From Octopus sinensis (lineage: Eukaryota), in the NCBI RefSeq assembly GCF_006345805.1, contig NC_042998.1, positions 197,160,001 through 197,224,000 of the forward strand: a DNA stretch of 64,000 bases, given 5' to 3'. The notes under the pieces are model-generated. The model was given only the letters and a program-made list of their open reading frames with translations, searched no databases and had not been told where the DNA came from. Positions 53,188-63,609 of this stretch are shown here, one piece after another (positions within the stretch are counted from its first letter, which is position 1; each line of letters starts with the position of its first letter). Both the position numbers and the translations under genes were made by a program.

Positions 53188-53504
53188 GTATATTTTGCCA
53201 TATTCAGTTGGAATGTATAAAGTTCTCAAATACTCTAGTAAAATTTCTATATTCATATTTAAATCTTAGGATATTTTTATACATGAGAAAATTCATCTTG
53301 TTTTCAATGTGATTACTATACCTGAGAAGGTATAGTAAGCCTAAATATATAAACAGGTATATACTATGATATATAATGAGCCCTACTAGTACACGAACCA
53401 TCATTTTACAAACAATAAATAATATTCTGTTTTGATGAAACACAGTGATATAATTCAACAAAAAGTAAATAAATGAAAATAACACAAATTGGAAACATTT
53501 GTTT

Positions 53505-53695
53505 TCGTCATCATCATCATCATAGTTTAATATCCACTTTCCATGCTAGCATGGGTTGGACGGTTCGACTGGGATCTGGGAAGCCATGGAGACTGCACCA
53601 GGCTCCAATCTGATCTGGCAGTGTTTCTACAGCTCAACGCCATTCCTAACGCCAACCACTCCGTGAGTGTAGTGGGTGCTTTTTACGCGGCACAG
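53505..53695 (-). mobile_element. Family D copy, 1 unit, minus strand
   Basis: (CAT)n followed by the reverse complement of the family D 3' end. Confidence 0.8.
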
Positions 53696-53800
53696 GGGCC
53701 GGGGTAAATAAAAATAGATATTACTTTTTATCTTTTACTTGTTTCAGTCAATAGACTGCGACCACGTTGGAGCACCACAGTATTATAAACATACTTAAAA

Positions 53801-54022
53801 GGCAGTAAGCTGGCAGAATCGTTAGCACACCGGTTGAAATGTTAAGCAGTATTTCATTTGTCTACATGTTATGAGTTCAAATTCTGATAAGCTTGACTTT
53901 GCCTTTCATCCTTCTAGTGTTGATAAAATAAGTATCAGTTGAACACTGAGATCGATGTAATCAACAGAGCCCCTCCTCCAAAATTATCGACCTTGTGCCA
54001 AAATTTGAAACCAATATTATAA
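53801..54022 (+). mobile_element. SINE-C, diverged
   Basis: GCTGGCAGAATCGTTAGC ... GCCTTTCATCCTTC ... GATAAAATAAGTA. Confidence 0.8.
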
Positions 54023-54693
54023 ACATTCTTCTGAGCCCAACTACTATATAAAAAGAATAAGTTCCTCACCTCCATGGATATATAATTAAACTATGTGACT
54101 CTTATAATGCAGTGTTGTATCAATCCTAAGATGGCCCTGGTTGTGACATAGGGTGTGGCTCAGGCATCTAATTCTGGCGGAACCCATATTTTTCCAGGGC
54201 TGAGTATAGCCAATTTCTTCCAGAGAGATAGGGAAGAAGGGAGAGAGAGAAGAAGAAGAATTGACTGGTAATTCATTTATCAATGCCAAAGAATTGAAGG
54301 GTAAAATTTACCTATGTATATTTACCTCAATAATATATTCAGGATTTGAGAAGCTGGATGACCAAGCTGTCCATTATAGATCCCTAATATCATTTTGATG
54401 TCCACTTTTCCATGCTTGTATGCATCTGATGGAATTCATTTGGATAGATATTTTTTTTGCCGGAATCTGTTGAGGCAAATTTTCTATGACTATGTTCTTC
54501 CTGTTGTCAATTTCCAACCATGATTGGACATATTTTCATGGGAGACTGGAAACAAATAACACCACACCACTTGAAAGACAGTGGCACTCATTTACAACCA
54601 TTACTTGATGTCATAACAATGAGACACAAGCACTCATATACCCTTATATACATACATGCAAATGTAAGTAATTAATATCTAGATGAAAAGTTT

Positions 54694-54893
54694 TACGATG
54701 GGGGTGCTGAAACATTCCTGGCTTTGGGTAAAAGAAAATACAGGAGGATCAGCTAATTATGGTTTTATTCACACACTTATTGCAGCTGTCCTTAAGTTTT
54801 TCTTAGCCCTGTAAAAGAACTTGGAAGGTTTGGCTTCCAACTTGGCCTTTCGCAATACTCTTAAAGCCAGGAACTTTTCTGCACTCCCTTGTA
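54694..54893. mobile_element. Tc1/mariner-type MITE
   Basis: TA ends. Imperfect TIR CGATGGGGGTGCTGAAACATTCCTGGCTTT / AAAGCCAGGAACTTTTCTGCACTCCCTTG. Confidence 0.75.
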
Positions 54894-54903
54894 CTGTTAT
54901 TAA

Positions 54904-55376
54904 CCCTTTCATTACTGTATTTCTGTTGAGATGCTCTGTGTTTCTTTCAATTAATTTTAAATATAACAAAGAACTTAGTAAAATAACTTAGTTATCATTC
55001 AGCTAGCATTAGGAACATAAATTGTGACTAAGGTTTGGTGGAAGATTTTCATTCAAAACTTATGAAAACAAGACATTTGTATTACAGAGCCAGAGCTGGT
55101 TTCAGTCGGGTTGGTAATGAAAGGGTTAAGAATTGTTTCTCTGATATATATTTTAACCCTTTTGTTACCATATTTCTGTTGAGATGCTCTGTGTTTCTTT
55201 CAATTACTTTAAATATAGCAAAGAATTTAGTAAAATAACATCGTTATCATTAAGCTAGTGTTAGGAACATAAATTGTGACTAAGGTTTGGTGAAAAATTT
55301 TAATTCAAAACTCATGAAAACAAGACATTTGTACTCAAAGCCAGAGCTGGTTTCAGCTGGGTTGGTAACGAAAGGG
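54904..55376. mobile_element. Two adjacent copies of the same piggyBac-type MITE (54904-55125 and 55157-55376)
   Basis: Each has TTAA-CCCTTT...AAAGGG-TTAA ends and a body similar to 12655-12877. Confidence 0.88.
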
Positions 55377-55552
55377 TTAAAGTTGTCATTTTAGAAACTT
55401 AGGTATTGGCATCTAATTTAGACCTGCGCTGACTAGCTTTCTTAACACTTTTCATTTTCTCTTATATTTCTTGAAATATCATTATCCTGTAGCATACAAA
55501 CTGCAGTTTTATAATATTTTGAACTAGGGCTTGTATATCACTATCTATAACA

Positions 55553-55846
55553 GCCAGTGGCACGTAAAAGAACCATCTGAACATGGTTGTTGCCAGCGCT
55601 GCCTCGACTGGCCTCCATGCCGGTGGCACGTAAAAAGCACCAACCGATCATGGCCGTTGCCAGCCTCCCCTGGCACGTAAAAAGCATCCACTACACTCAC
55701 AGAGTGGTTGGCGTTAGGAAGGGCATCCAGCTGTAGAAACACTGCCATATCGGACTGAGCCTGGTGCAGCCTCCTGGCTCCCCAGACCCCAGTCGAACCG
55801 TCCAACCCATGCTAGCATGGAAAGTGGGTGTTAAACGATGATGATG
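55553..55846 (+). mobile_element. Family D copy, ~3 units
   Basis: Same core units, same 3' end and (GAT)n tail. Confidence 0.85.
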
Positions 55847-56282
55847 AACAGAACAAATACTATAAAATATACAAGTAGGATCTGTAATATATGGTATAAT
55901 CTATAGATTACAGTTGGTGAATGTATAAACAATACTTCTACATATTGTAAATACAATTAGTATATATTTGTTGTCTTCTCTGAAACTAATTACAAGTTAA
56001 GGGTGTTGTCTTGCAAGTTACTTCATAACATCACTGGTGCTGGTGCCAGGTAAAATGCACTCTGTGTATACCCTGTAAAAATTAAGTTTTGTGTGGTACC
56101 AATTTTTGAGAATTTGTGCAAATTTGCTGTACAGTGAATGAAATAGTATGTTATGTGGTATACAGTGGGGAACCTTGAGACATAGTGTGTGTTGTAGCGC
56201 ATAGTACTGGAACATATGTAGAGTACATTGTTGCATTAAAAATTGTTTATGTTGTACATTGTAGTAGTTATGGTATATATTA

Positions 56283-56654
56283 TTGCCAGTACTGCCTGAC
56301 TGGCCCCGTGCTGGTGGCACATAAAAGCACCCACTACACTCTCAGAGTGGTTGGCGTTAGGAAGGGCATCCAGCTGTAGAAACACTGCCAGATCAGACTG
56401 GAGCCTGGTCCAACCCATGCTAGCATGGAAAACGGACGTTAAACAATGATGATGATGATGTTAGAACATAGCATGTTGTGTGCAGTGTGGAAATTAAGAT
56501 ATCTTGTGTAGTGTACAGATTGGAAATTAGGGCATGTTCAGTGGTATACAATTTTCCTGGTGCAGCCATCTGGTTCGCCAGTCCTCAGTCAAATCGTCCA
56601 ACCCATGCTAGCATGGAAAGCGGACGTTAAACGATGATGATGATGATGATGATT
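56283..56654 (+). mobile_element. Family D copy (56283-56460, 1 unit) plus a separate 3' fragment (56556-56654)
   Basis: Two (GAT)n-tailed 3' ends separated by ~98 bp of host intron sequence. Confidence 0.75.
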
Positions 56655-56967
56655 ATAAAGTACATTGGAGCAGTAGATACATATTGTATTTGCTTTACTG
56701 TAAAAAAAAGACCCGGCTAATGTACGCTCTCTCACCATTACAATTGCATCTCTTCAGATACCATAAAATGAACAATCAAATGCTACCAACCATACCTGAA
56801 ACTCTAAAAAATTTCAATGACTTTGCCTGTTTCTTTGAGAAATATTGCATTGCACCTGTTGATTTTCAAGTTATACATCAGCTGTATTGACCAAAGAACT
56901 GTGTATAGTTGAATGGTTATAAGTATTGACCCGACTGGTAATATTATTATCTTATGTTTATTAATAG

Positions 56968-57030
56968 GTGCTGCACCACAAATATCCGAAAGTCTGTCTG
57001 GTGAAGAAGAAATGGAAGAAGAAGAGCAAG
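56968..57030 (+). CDS. Short acidic coding exon ((G)AAPQISESLSGEEEMEEEEQ), module type X
   Basis: Acceptor tatgtttattaatAG and donor GTATAT at 57031. 63 nt, phase 1-1, open. Confidence 0.72.
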
Positions 57031-57103
57031 GTATATTTTGTGTTTTACTGAATTGGAATGTATAAAATTGTAATAGAGTTTAGTAAAATTTATATATTCA
57101 CAA

Positions 57104-57546
57104 GTCCCACCTCCGATGGGCAGGGCATGTCTCCAGAACGGGGAACCATCACCTTCCAAAGGTTGCCCTGTTTGGCGAACTCTCCACCGGCCACCGAGTG
57201 AGAGGAGCTTCGAGGAAATGCTACAAAGACTGCCTCAAGAAGTCTCTAACAGCATGTCATACTAACCACCGATGCTGGTCAGACCTGGCTGCGGACCGTG
57301 ATGTCTGGCGCCACACGATCTTCATCGCAGTCAGCAAGTTTGAAGAACAAAGAAGAGACGCACTTAAAGACAAGAGACGCAGGAGGAAGGCACGAGCCGC
57401 CTCTGACACCACACCTGATGTTACCTTCGTCTGTGGACACTGCTCATGGACCTGCCTTTCCCATATCGGACTTGTCAGTCATGAGTGTGCATGCACGCAA
57501 CGTGGACAGCCTTCCTGATCTTCATTCGCGAAGCCGAGCCGTGATG
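57104..57546 (+). mobile_element. 5'-truncated RTE (BovB-like) LINE with a C-terminal C2H2-like zinc finger
   Basis: LRWAGHVSR...LPKVALFGEL...CGHCSWTC.SHIGLVSH and a GATGAT tail. 12-bp TSD ATATATTCACAA at 57092-57103 and 57547-57558. Confidence 0.9.
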
Positions 57547-57619
57547 ATATATTCACAATTAAATTGCAGAATATTTTTGCCTTTTAGAAAATTCCATGAT
57601 CAGTCATGAAATTTTCTGT

Positions 57620-58140
57620 CATTTCTTTGTTTACTCTTAAAAGCATTTAGTCTTAGTAACTCTGGCATGTTCCAGAGATAGGTTTTTTCCCCAATCTCTT
57701 CCTACTATACATCAATGACTTACTTGCTGCCACATCCAACAAAACTCATTATTATCTAGGTAACACTATCTTTAATTCCTCCTTAATATTCTCTAACCAT
57801 GCATTATCTACTTGTAAGCTTGACATCATATCTCAAACCTACACTGATCCATTAAAGAATTTATCACCCTTTAGAAGACACCAGCTGTTCCTTTGTCAAG
57901 AACTTTGGTGATATAATTTATGTTGTACCATGCAGGAATTTAGTAAATGTATTTGGTGAACCTCTGGCACTTTCTTCTACAACAGATGGAAATAACCAGC
58001 AGAAGTACCTTCTTCTCACCTTCACTGCTATATCTCATCAGACAAAGTAAAATACACCGTTTAATCCTTGCTTCACATACCTGCAACTCTTAAAACTTCA
58101 ACGACTCTGCATATTTCCTGTAGAATCATTGTATTGCCCC
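57620..58140 (+). mobile_element. Highly degraded CR1/L2/Jockey-type RT fragment
   Basis: SGMFQ...PNLFLLYINDLLAATSN, resembling the SGVPQGSVL.P.LFLLYINDL RT motif. Frameshifted. Confidence 0.55.
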
Positions 58141-58324
58141 TACAAATCTGTAGTTGTATATCTGTTGTGTGGAGAGAGGATGGATCTTGGTCAGAAAACC
58201 TGACCAAGAGTGTTTAGTTAGTTGGTCAATTGAACTACCAGGCTCATCGAATTAGCAAGTGGACAAATATTCCACTGACTCATGTAGCTTTAATATACAT
58301 ATGTATCTGTACTTACCTTGGATC

Positions 58325-58805
58325 GTAGGATGACCTGCTGTGCTTGAAGAGACCTATTGAGTCAAGTACATCAACATCAACATCAACAAAATCAAATGGA
58401 AATTGTAGTTGTGATACCTGTGCCAATGGCACGTAAAATGCACCATCTGTACGTGGCCGATGCCAGCACCACCTTGACTGGCTTCTGTGCTGGTGGCACC
58501 TAAAAAATACCATGCATATGTGGTCAATACCAGCGCCGCCTTGACTGGCTTCCGTGTTGGTGGCATGTAAAAACCACCAACTGATCGTGGCCGTTGCCAG
58601 CCTCCCCTTGCACCAGTGCCGGTGGCACATAAAAAGCACCCACTACACTCATGGAGTGGTTGGCGTTAGGAAGGGCATCCAGCTGTAGAAACACTGCCAG
58701 ATCAGACTGGGACCTGGTGCAGCCTCCTGGCTTCCCAGACCCCGATTGAACCGTCCAACCCATGCTAGCATGGAAAACAGATGTTAAACGATGATGATGA
58801 TGATG
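58325..58805 (+). mobile_element. Family D copy, 4 units, with the longer 5' leader GACCTGCTGTGCTTGA...
   Basis: Leader matches window positions 1-80. Same 3' end and tail. Confidence 0.85.
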
Positions 58806-59114
58806 TGATATCAAACAAGAAGGCTGGACCTTTGAGATACTGCTGTAGTTTATCCAATGAAATTCCATATGTACATGATTTTGAACTAAACAGTTTCACT
58901 CCCAAAGTATAGATTAAACATGAACCTATAGAAAACGACACTTATCCCTGATGCTACACAGCAGAATTGAAACTGAGAACTCATAACTGTGAAGCAAACT
59001 TTGGAAATACCTTGCCACACTCTGCCTTTTCACTGGAGAAATATGTAAGATAGTTCAGTGACTACAGGTATCAACTCTGTAGTTAATATTATTTTATTAT
59101 GATTTTATTAATAG

Positions 59115-59186
59115 CTGTAGTATCACAAAGATCTTAAATACTACCTAGTTTAGAAGAAAAGAAAGCAGAAAAAAATGTAGTGTCAG
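59115..59186 (+). pseudogene. Paralogous type-X exon with in-frame TAA at 59135-59137 (pseudo-exon, or used from an internal AG at 59152-59153 as a 33-nt exon)
   Basis: Same ttattaatAG acceptor as 56968. cacaaagatcttaaa aligns to cacaaatatccgaaa (GAA to TAA). Donor cag/GTAAAT at 59187. 72 nt, phase 1-1. Confidence 0.55.
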
Positions 59187-60054
59187 GTAAATTTCATGTT
59201 ATATTTTGCTGGAAATTTGTTAGATTTAAAATATATTTAGTAAAATTAACCACAGAGTATTCTCTGGATATTTTTACATTTCAAAAATTTCCGTTTTTCT
59301 ATTTTTATTGTTACAATGCATTGCATGTGTATCATATCAGGAATAGTTTAGAGGTGAGTGTATATAGTAATAGACTGTTTCTACAACATGTTGTCTGGTG
59401 ACTGTTACCGCATAGAAAATTTTGATTAGATGGAGTTATTTTGTCTGGGAAAAAATATGTGCATATAAAGTATTAATAAATCTATTGTTGCTACTGTTAT
59501 TATTGTTGAATATCTATTCAGCTTGTGTCTATACAGTAATTATCATTGTTAATGCTGCAGTTGCTATTTAGAATTTTCAGGAAGCTTTAATTCATACCAT
59601 CATCATCATCATAATCACCATCCTTATCAATCACCACTACTATCAACATTATTATTTTAAGGTCCGTTTTCCGTGCTGGTGAGTTAGATGATTTGTGATT
59701 TACAGATCCAGCACACTGGATGATTAAAAACTACATTATATATTCCATTGGGATGTTAGAACATAGCATGTTGTGTGTAGTGTGGAAATTAAGATATCTT
59801 GCGTAGTGTACGGTTTGGAAATTAGGGCATGTTCAGTGGTATACAATTTAGGGTGGTGTATAAGGTTGCATTAATAATATACTTTGTGTTGTATAAACCC
59901 CATACAAAAGAAACTCAAATCCTTCATTACCCCTACATGTAACCATTCAAAGTTCCATTCCTGTGCAATTTCCCTACAAATATTGAACAAGAGATGTTTA
60001 AATGGCACAACAACAGTATTACACCAGAACATTCTGCATAATTATATATTGTAG

Positions 60055-60102
60055 CGGCACCTATTGGAGAAAAAAAGAAAGCAAAAGGCAAAATAAAGAA
60101 AG
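60055..60102 (+). CDS. Short basic coding exon ((A)APIGEKKKAKGKIKK), module type Y
   Basis: Acceptor attatatattgtAG and donor aag/GTATGG at 60103. 48 nt, phase 1-1, open. Confidence 0.7.
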
Positions 60103-60282
60103 GTATGGTTTACAAAATGTTCTACTGGAAAATTTTATCATTCTTTTTATAATATATATTTATCAATATTTAAATTTTGGAATAGTTTTACATTTTAGCA
60201 GAAACCATGGTTGATGTTTTCCTTTTTATGGCTACTTAATCCTGTTAGGAAATGTTTGGAAGGTAGAATTTCCAAGTTGTTG

Positions 60283-60667
60283 ATGGATGGATGGAAGCAC
60301 TCCGTCGGTTAAGACGACGAGGGTTCCGGTTGATCCGATCAACGGAACAGCCTGCTCGTGAAATTAACGTGTAAGTGGCTGAGCACTCCACAGACACATG
60401 TACCCTTAACGTAGTTCTCGGGGATATTCAGAGAGTGACAAGGCCGGCCCTTTGAAATACAGGTACCACAGAAACAGGAAGTAAGAGTGAGAGAAAGTTG
60501 TGGTGAAAGAGTACAGCAGGGATCACCACCATCCCCTGCCGGAGCCTCGTGGAGCTTTTAGGTGTTTTCGCTCAATAAACACTCACAACGCCTGGTCTGG
60601 GAATCAAAACCGCGATCCCATGATCGCGAGTCCGCTGCCCTAACCACTGGGCCATTGCACCTCCACA
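60283..60667 (-). mobile_element. SINE-B, minus strand
   Basis: Reverse complement of the 5357 copy with a (TGGA)n end. Confidence 0.9.
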
Positions 60668-60939
60668 ATACTATGTTGATAGTATAATATTCAAGAAGCA
60701 TATAGGGGATGTTGGGTGTGGTACATACAGATGTCAGTCTGATGAGTTAGATAGCCAGAACATATTATAGTTAGTGTTGTGTGTTGCAGTGTGAACATGC
60801 ATGGAATGTAGTTCAGAATTAAGTGTATGTTATCAGTGTCAGTCTGAACATGATGTATAGCTTATGTTGGATGCAGTGAGATTGATGGAAAATGTTTCAT
60901 GGATTTGGATAGTTAGTCTATTATATTCTTTTTCTTAAA

Positions 60940-61550
60940 TTCCTGTGACACATTTTTTCACGCTAAGAGTTGCTGAAGCATGGAACAAACTGCCGGCATC
61001 AGTTGTTAGTTGTCGGAGCACTGCATCCTTCAAAACTTCCATGATTCCTGAGATTCGCCAACACTACACCTGATTTTCTTCCCTCCATACACACGCAATA
61101 ATTACTCTGAGCACCTTTTCAAACTCCACCTGTCTAACACCTGTGGACATGTTTACAAAGTCAGAAAACAGCACAGCTCCTTCCATGACTTTCGGAAACA
61201 TTTTTTCACGCTAAGAGTTGCTGAAGCATGGAACAAACTGCCAGCATCAGTTGTTAGTTGTCGGAGCACTGCATCCTTCAAAACTTCCATGCTTCCTGAG
61301 ATTCGCCAACACTACACCTGATTTCCTCCCCTCCATACACAAGCAAGCATGTATCTGACTCATACACTGTTCACTTCCCAGACACTTATACATTACTGCA
61401 TATGCTTTATATGTACCTTTGACAAGTTGTGGTGCACCTGAGCACTGTATACAATGATTTCATTATTATTATTATTATAAAAGACAAAGTCGCTGCTGCA
61501 CCTGCTGAAGGAGAAGGAAAGGAAAAGAAGGGTGACAGGAGATGAAGAGG
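60940..61550 (+). pseudogene. Disrupted type-Z exon copy (VPVIKDKVAAAPAEGEGKEKKGD...) split by a CR1/L2 insertion
   Basis: tttcttaaA-ttcctgtga (60931-60948) aligns to tttcttaaG-tttctgtgg of exon 63442, so the AG is lost. After the LINE tail, taaaagacaaagtcgctgct continues the paralogy. The homologous donor GTTTATTTAATATGA at 61551 leaves an 82-nt (frameshifted) exon with a TGA. Confidence 0.55.
60949..61477 (+). mobile_element. Two tandem 5'-truncated CR1/L2-type 3' ends with an (ATT)n tail
   Basis: FFTLRVAEAWNKLPASVVSCRSTASFKTSM appears twice (~60950 and ~61197). The second is preceded by TCGHVYKVRKQ. Confidence 0.8.
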
Positions 61551-61602
61551 GTTTATTTAATATGACATAGATTTTACTGTAAAGCATCATAAAAAAAATT
61601 TT

Positions 61603-62010
61603 AGGCATAGGAATGGCTGTGTGGTAAGTAGCTTGATTACCAACCACATGGTTCCGGGCTCCGTCCCACTGCGTGGCACCTTGGGCAAGTGTCTTCTACT
61701 ATAGCCTCGGGCCAACCAAAGCCTTATGAGTGGATTTGGTAGACGGAAACTGAAAGAAGCCCGTCATATATACGCATACATACATAAATATGTATGTGTG
61801 TATACGTTTGTGTGTCTGTGTTTGTCCCCCCCACCATTGCTTGACAACCAATGTTGGAGTGTTTACGTCCCCATAGCTTAGCGGTTTGGCAAAAGAGACC
61901 AATAGAATAAGTACTAGGCTTACAAAGAATAAGTCCTGGAGTCGATTTGCTCAACTAAAGGCAGTGCTCCAGCATGGCCACAGTCAAATGACTGAAACAA
62001 GTAAAAGAGT
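61603..62010 (+). mobile_element. SINE-A, full length
   Basis: Matches the 3261 copy end to end. Confidence 0.9.
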
Positions 62011-62019
62011 AAATATCAG

Positions 62020-62068
62020 AAAACACCTGGTGGAGAAGAAAAGGAAACAAAAGAAATATTAGAAGCAG
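62020..62068 (+). pseudogene. Disrupted type-Y exon copy (KTPGGEEKETKEILEA) with donor GT changed to AT
   Basis: acacctggtggagaagaaaaggaaacaaaag aligns to gcacctattggagaaaaaaagaaagcaaaag of exon 60055. Downstream atatgc...ttctacaggaaatt aligns to gtatgg...ttctactggaaaatt. A SINE sits immediately upstream, so the 5' boundary is uncertain. Confidence 0.5.
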
Positions 62069-62334
62069 ATATGCTTTGTGTAATATTCTACAGGAAATTA
62101 TGATTCTTTCCGCAAAATTTATGCATATTTAAATTTTAGAATATTCTAGAGCCTGTGTTTAATCTTGTTTTCATATTTATAAATACAATATTTTGTTAGA
62201 AAATGTTAGGAAGGTAGAGTTTTACAGAGTGTTGATTATGTATAAACTACAGCATAATATTCAAGATGTATCATACAGGGTACAGTAGAGATGAGGACAT
62301 GGTGTATTTGAGATATACAGAAGACATATATTTT

Positions 62335-62640
62335 ACTAGCAGTATCGCCCGGTGTTGCTCGGATTTGTAAAGGAAATAACTATATAAACATTTTTAGAGA
62401 GTTACTTCCCTTATATAACCCGAGCAAAAATCATTAAAAATGCGGAAAAATGATGGTAAATTTTTTTTTTTAATCGTAGACTCATCGTAGATGCGCGCTA
62501 ATACCCAGAAGGGCTCGATATGAATGACGACTATAAGATACCCGCTTTTGGTTAAACTGCACCGCAAAATGTGGGAGTAGTTAGGAATCTAAATCAGAGG
62601 AGACAGAGTCTCACACACACAACTTCAATTTTATATATAT
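62335..62640 (+). mobile_element. Non-autonomous Helitron/Helentron-like element, same 5' end but different body
   Basis: ACTAGCAGTATCGCCCGGTGTTGCTCGG ... CACACACAACTTCAATTTTATATATAT. Confidence 0.55.
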
Positions 62641-62662
62641 TTTATGTACACGGTGTGTTGCA

Positions 62663-63245
62663 TCATCATCATTGTTCGACCGTGGTCAAGACAATGGAAT
62701 TTACTATGTTACACCAGACTTCACGGTCCATCATAGCATTACGGAGGTCCTGTTGCTGGATGCTTGTATCCCTGGAGATTACATCAGGGTAGGAAAGTCT
62801 ACGCCCTCTGATATCACGAGTAGATGGGTTCCAGAGAAGAAGAGTAGAAATTACCTCGTTTTCACCTCTACAACAATGTCCAGCAAACTGGACTCTTCTA
62901 CCTTTCACAAGAGATGATACAGGTGGTAATTTCCCATATATTTGTACTTTGGTTGGATGACGCTTCCACGAGAGATTTTGAGCTCTCATAAGGAGGTGAG
63001 TGTAAGTTCCATCCAACTGCCTCTCAAGCTTCTTTGATAACGTCCAGGTTTCTGAGCCACATAGTAAAATTGGTTCGACTGTGGCTTTGAAGATTTTAAG
63101 TTTGAAATCTCTACTTAGATTTGATGACCAAATCTTATGAATTTCATTACAGGCTGACCAGGCCATATCCTTTCTACTTAGAAAATCTTTTTCAGAGGAT
63201 GATATGTATGACCCAAGATATTTGTATTCAGAAACATATTTAAGA
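62663..63245 (-). mobile_element. 5'-truncated RTE-clade LINE, same family as 2720-3157
   Basis: ORF 62669-63265 (YKYLGS...LLCGSETW...AGHC), (CAT)n tail. 10-bp TSD GTGTGTTGCA at 62653-62662 and 63246-63255. Confidence 0.9.
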
Positions 63246-63441
63246 GTGTGTTGCAATGTAAACATAATGTTAGGTGAAGTGAGTATAGTACAGTATTGAG
63301 TTCAAGTTATCTGAGTTAGAACATGTTGTATGAGGCTTAGCTTAGATTGGGAGTGAAAGTTTGTTCTGTTGAGCCCAGTGGGTCTGATAGAAATTATTTT
63401 GTCCATTTGAATATTTTGTCCATTGTATTCTATTTCTTAAG

Positions 63442-63564
63442 TTTCTGTGGAGAAAGACAAAACTGCTGCTGAAAAAGAAGAAGAGAAAGAAGTAGAAAGA
63501 AGAGAAAGAAAAATAGGAAAGAAAGAAAGTGTGGAAAAAGGAATGGTATTGGGTGAGAAAAAAG
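63442..63564 (+). CDS. Glu/Lys-rich coding exon ((V)SVEKDKTAAEKEEEKEVERRERKIGKKESVEKGMVLGEKK), module type Z
   Basis: Acceptor ttctatttcttaAG and donor aag/GTATGT at 63565. 123 nt, phase 1-1, open. Confidence 0.72.
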
Positions 63565-63609
63565 GTATGTTTAATATGATATATATATTCTATTGAAAAA
63601 CTTTACTTG

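Noticed and set aside
54343-54400. Possible phase-1 exon GFEKLDDQAVHY...
   Set aside because: Runs into a stop with no credible donor and abuts a degraded repeat.
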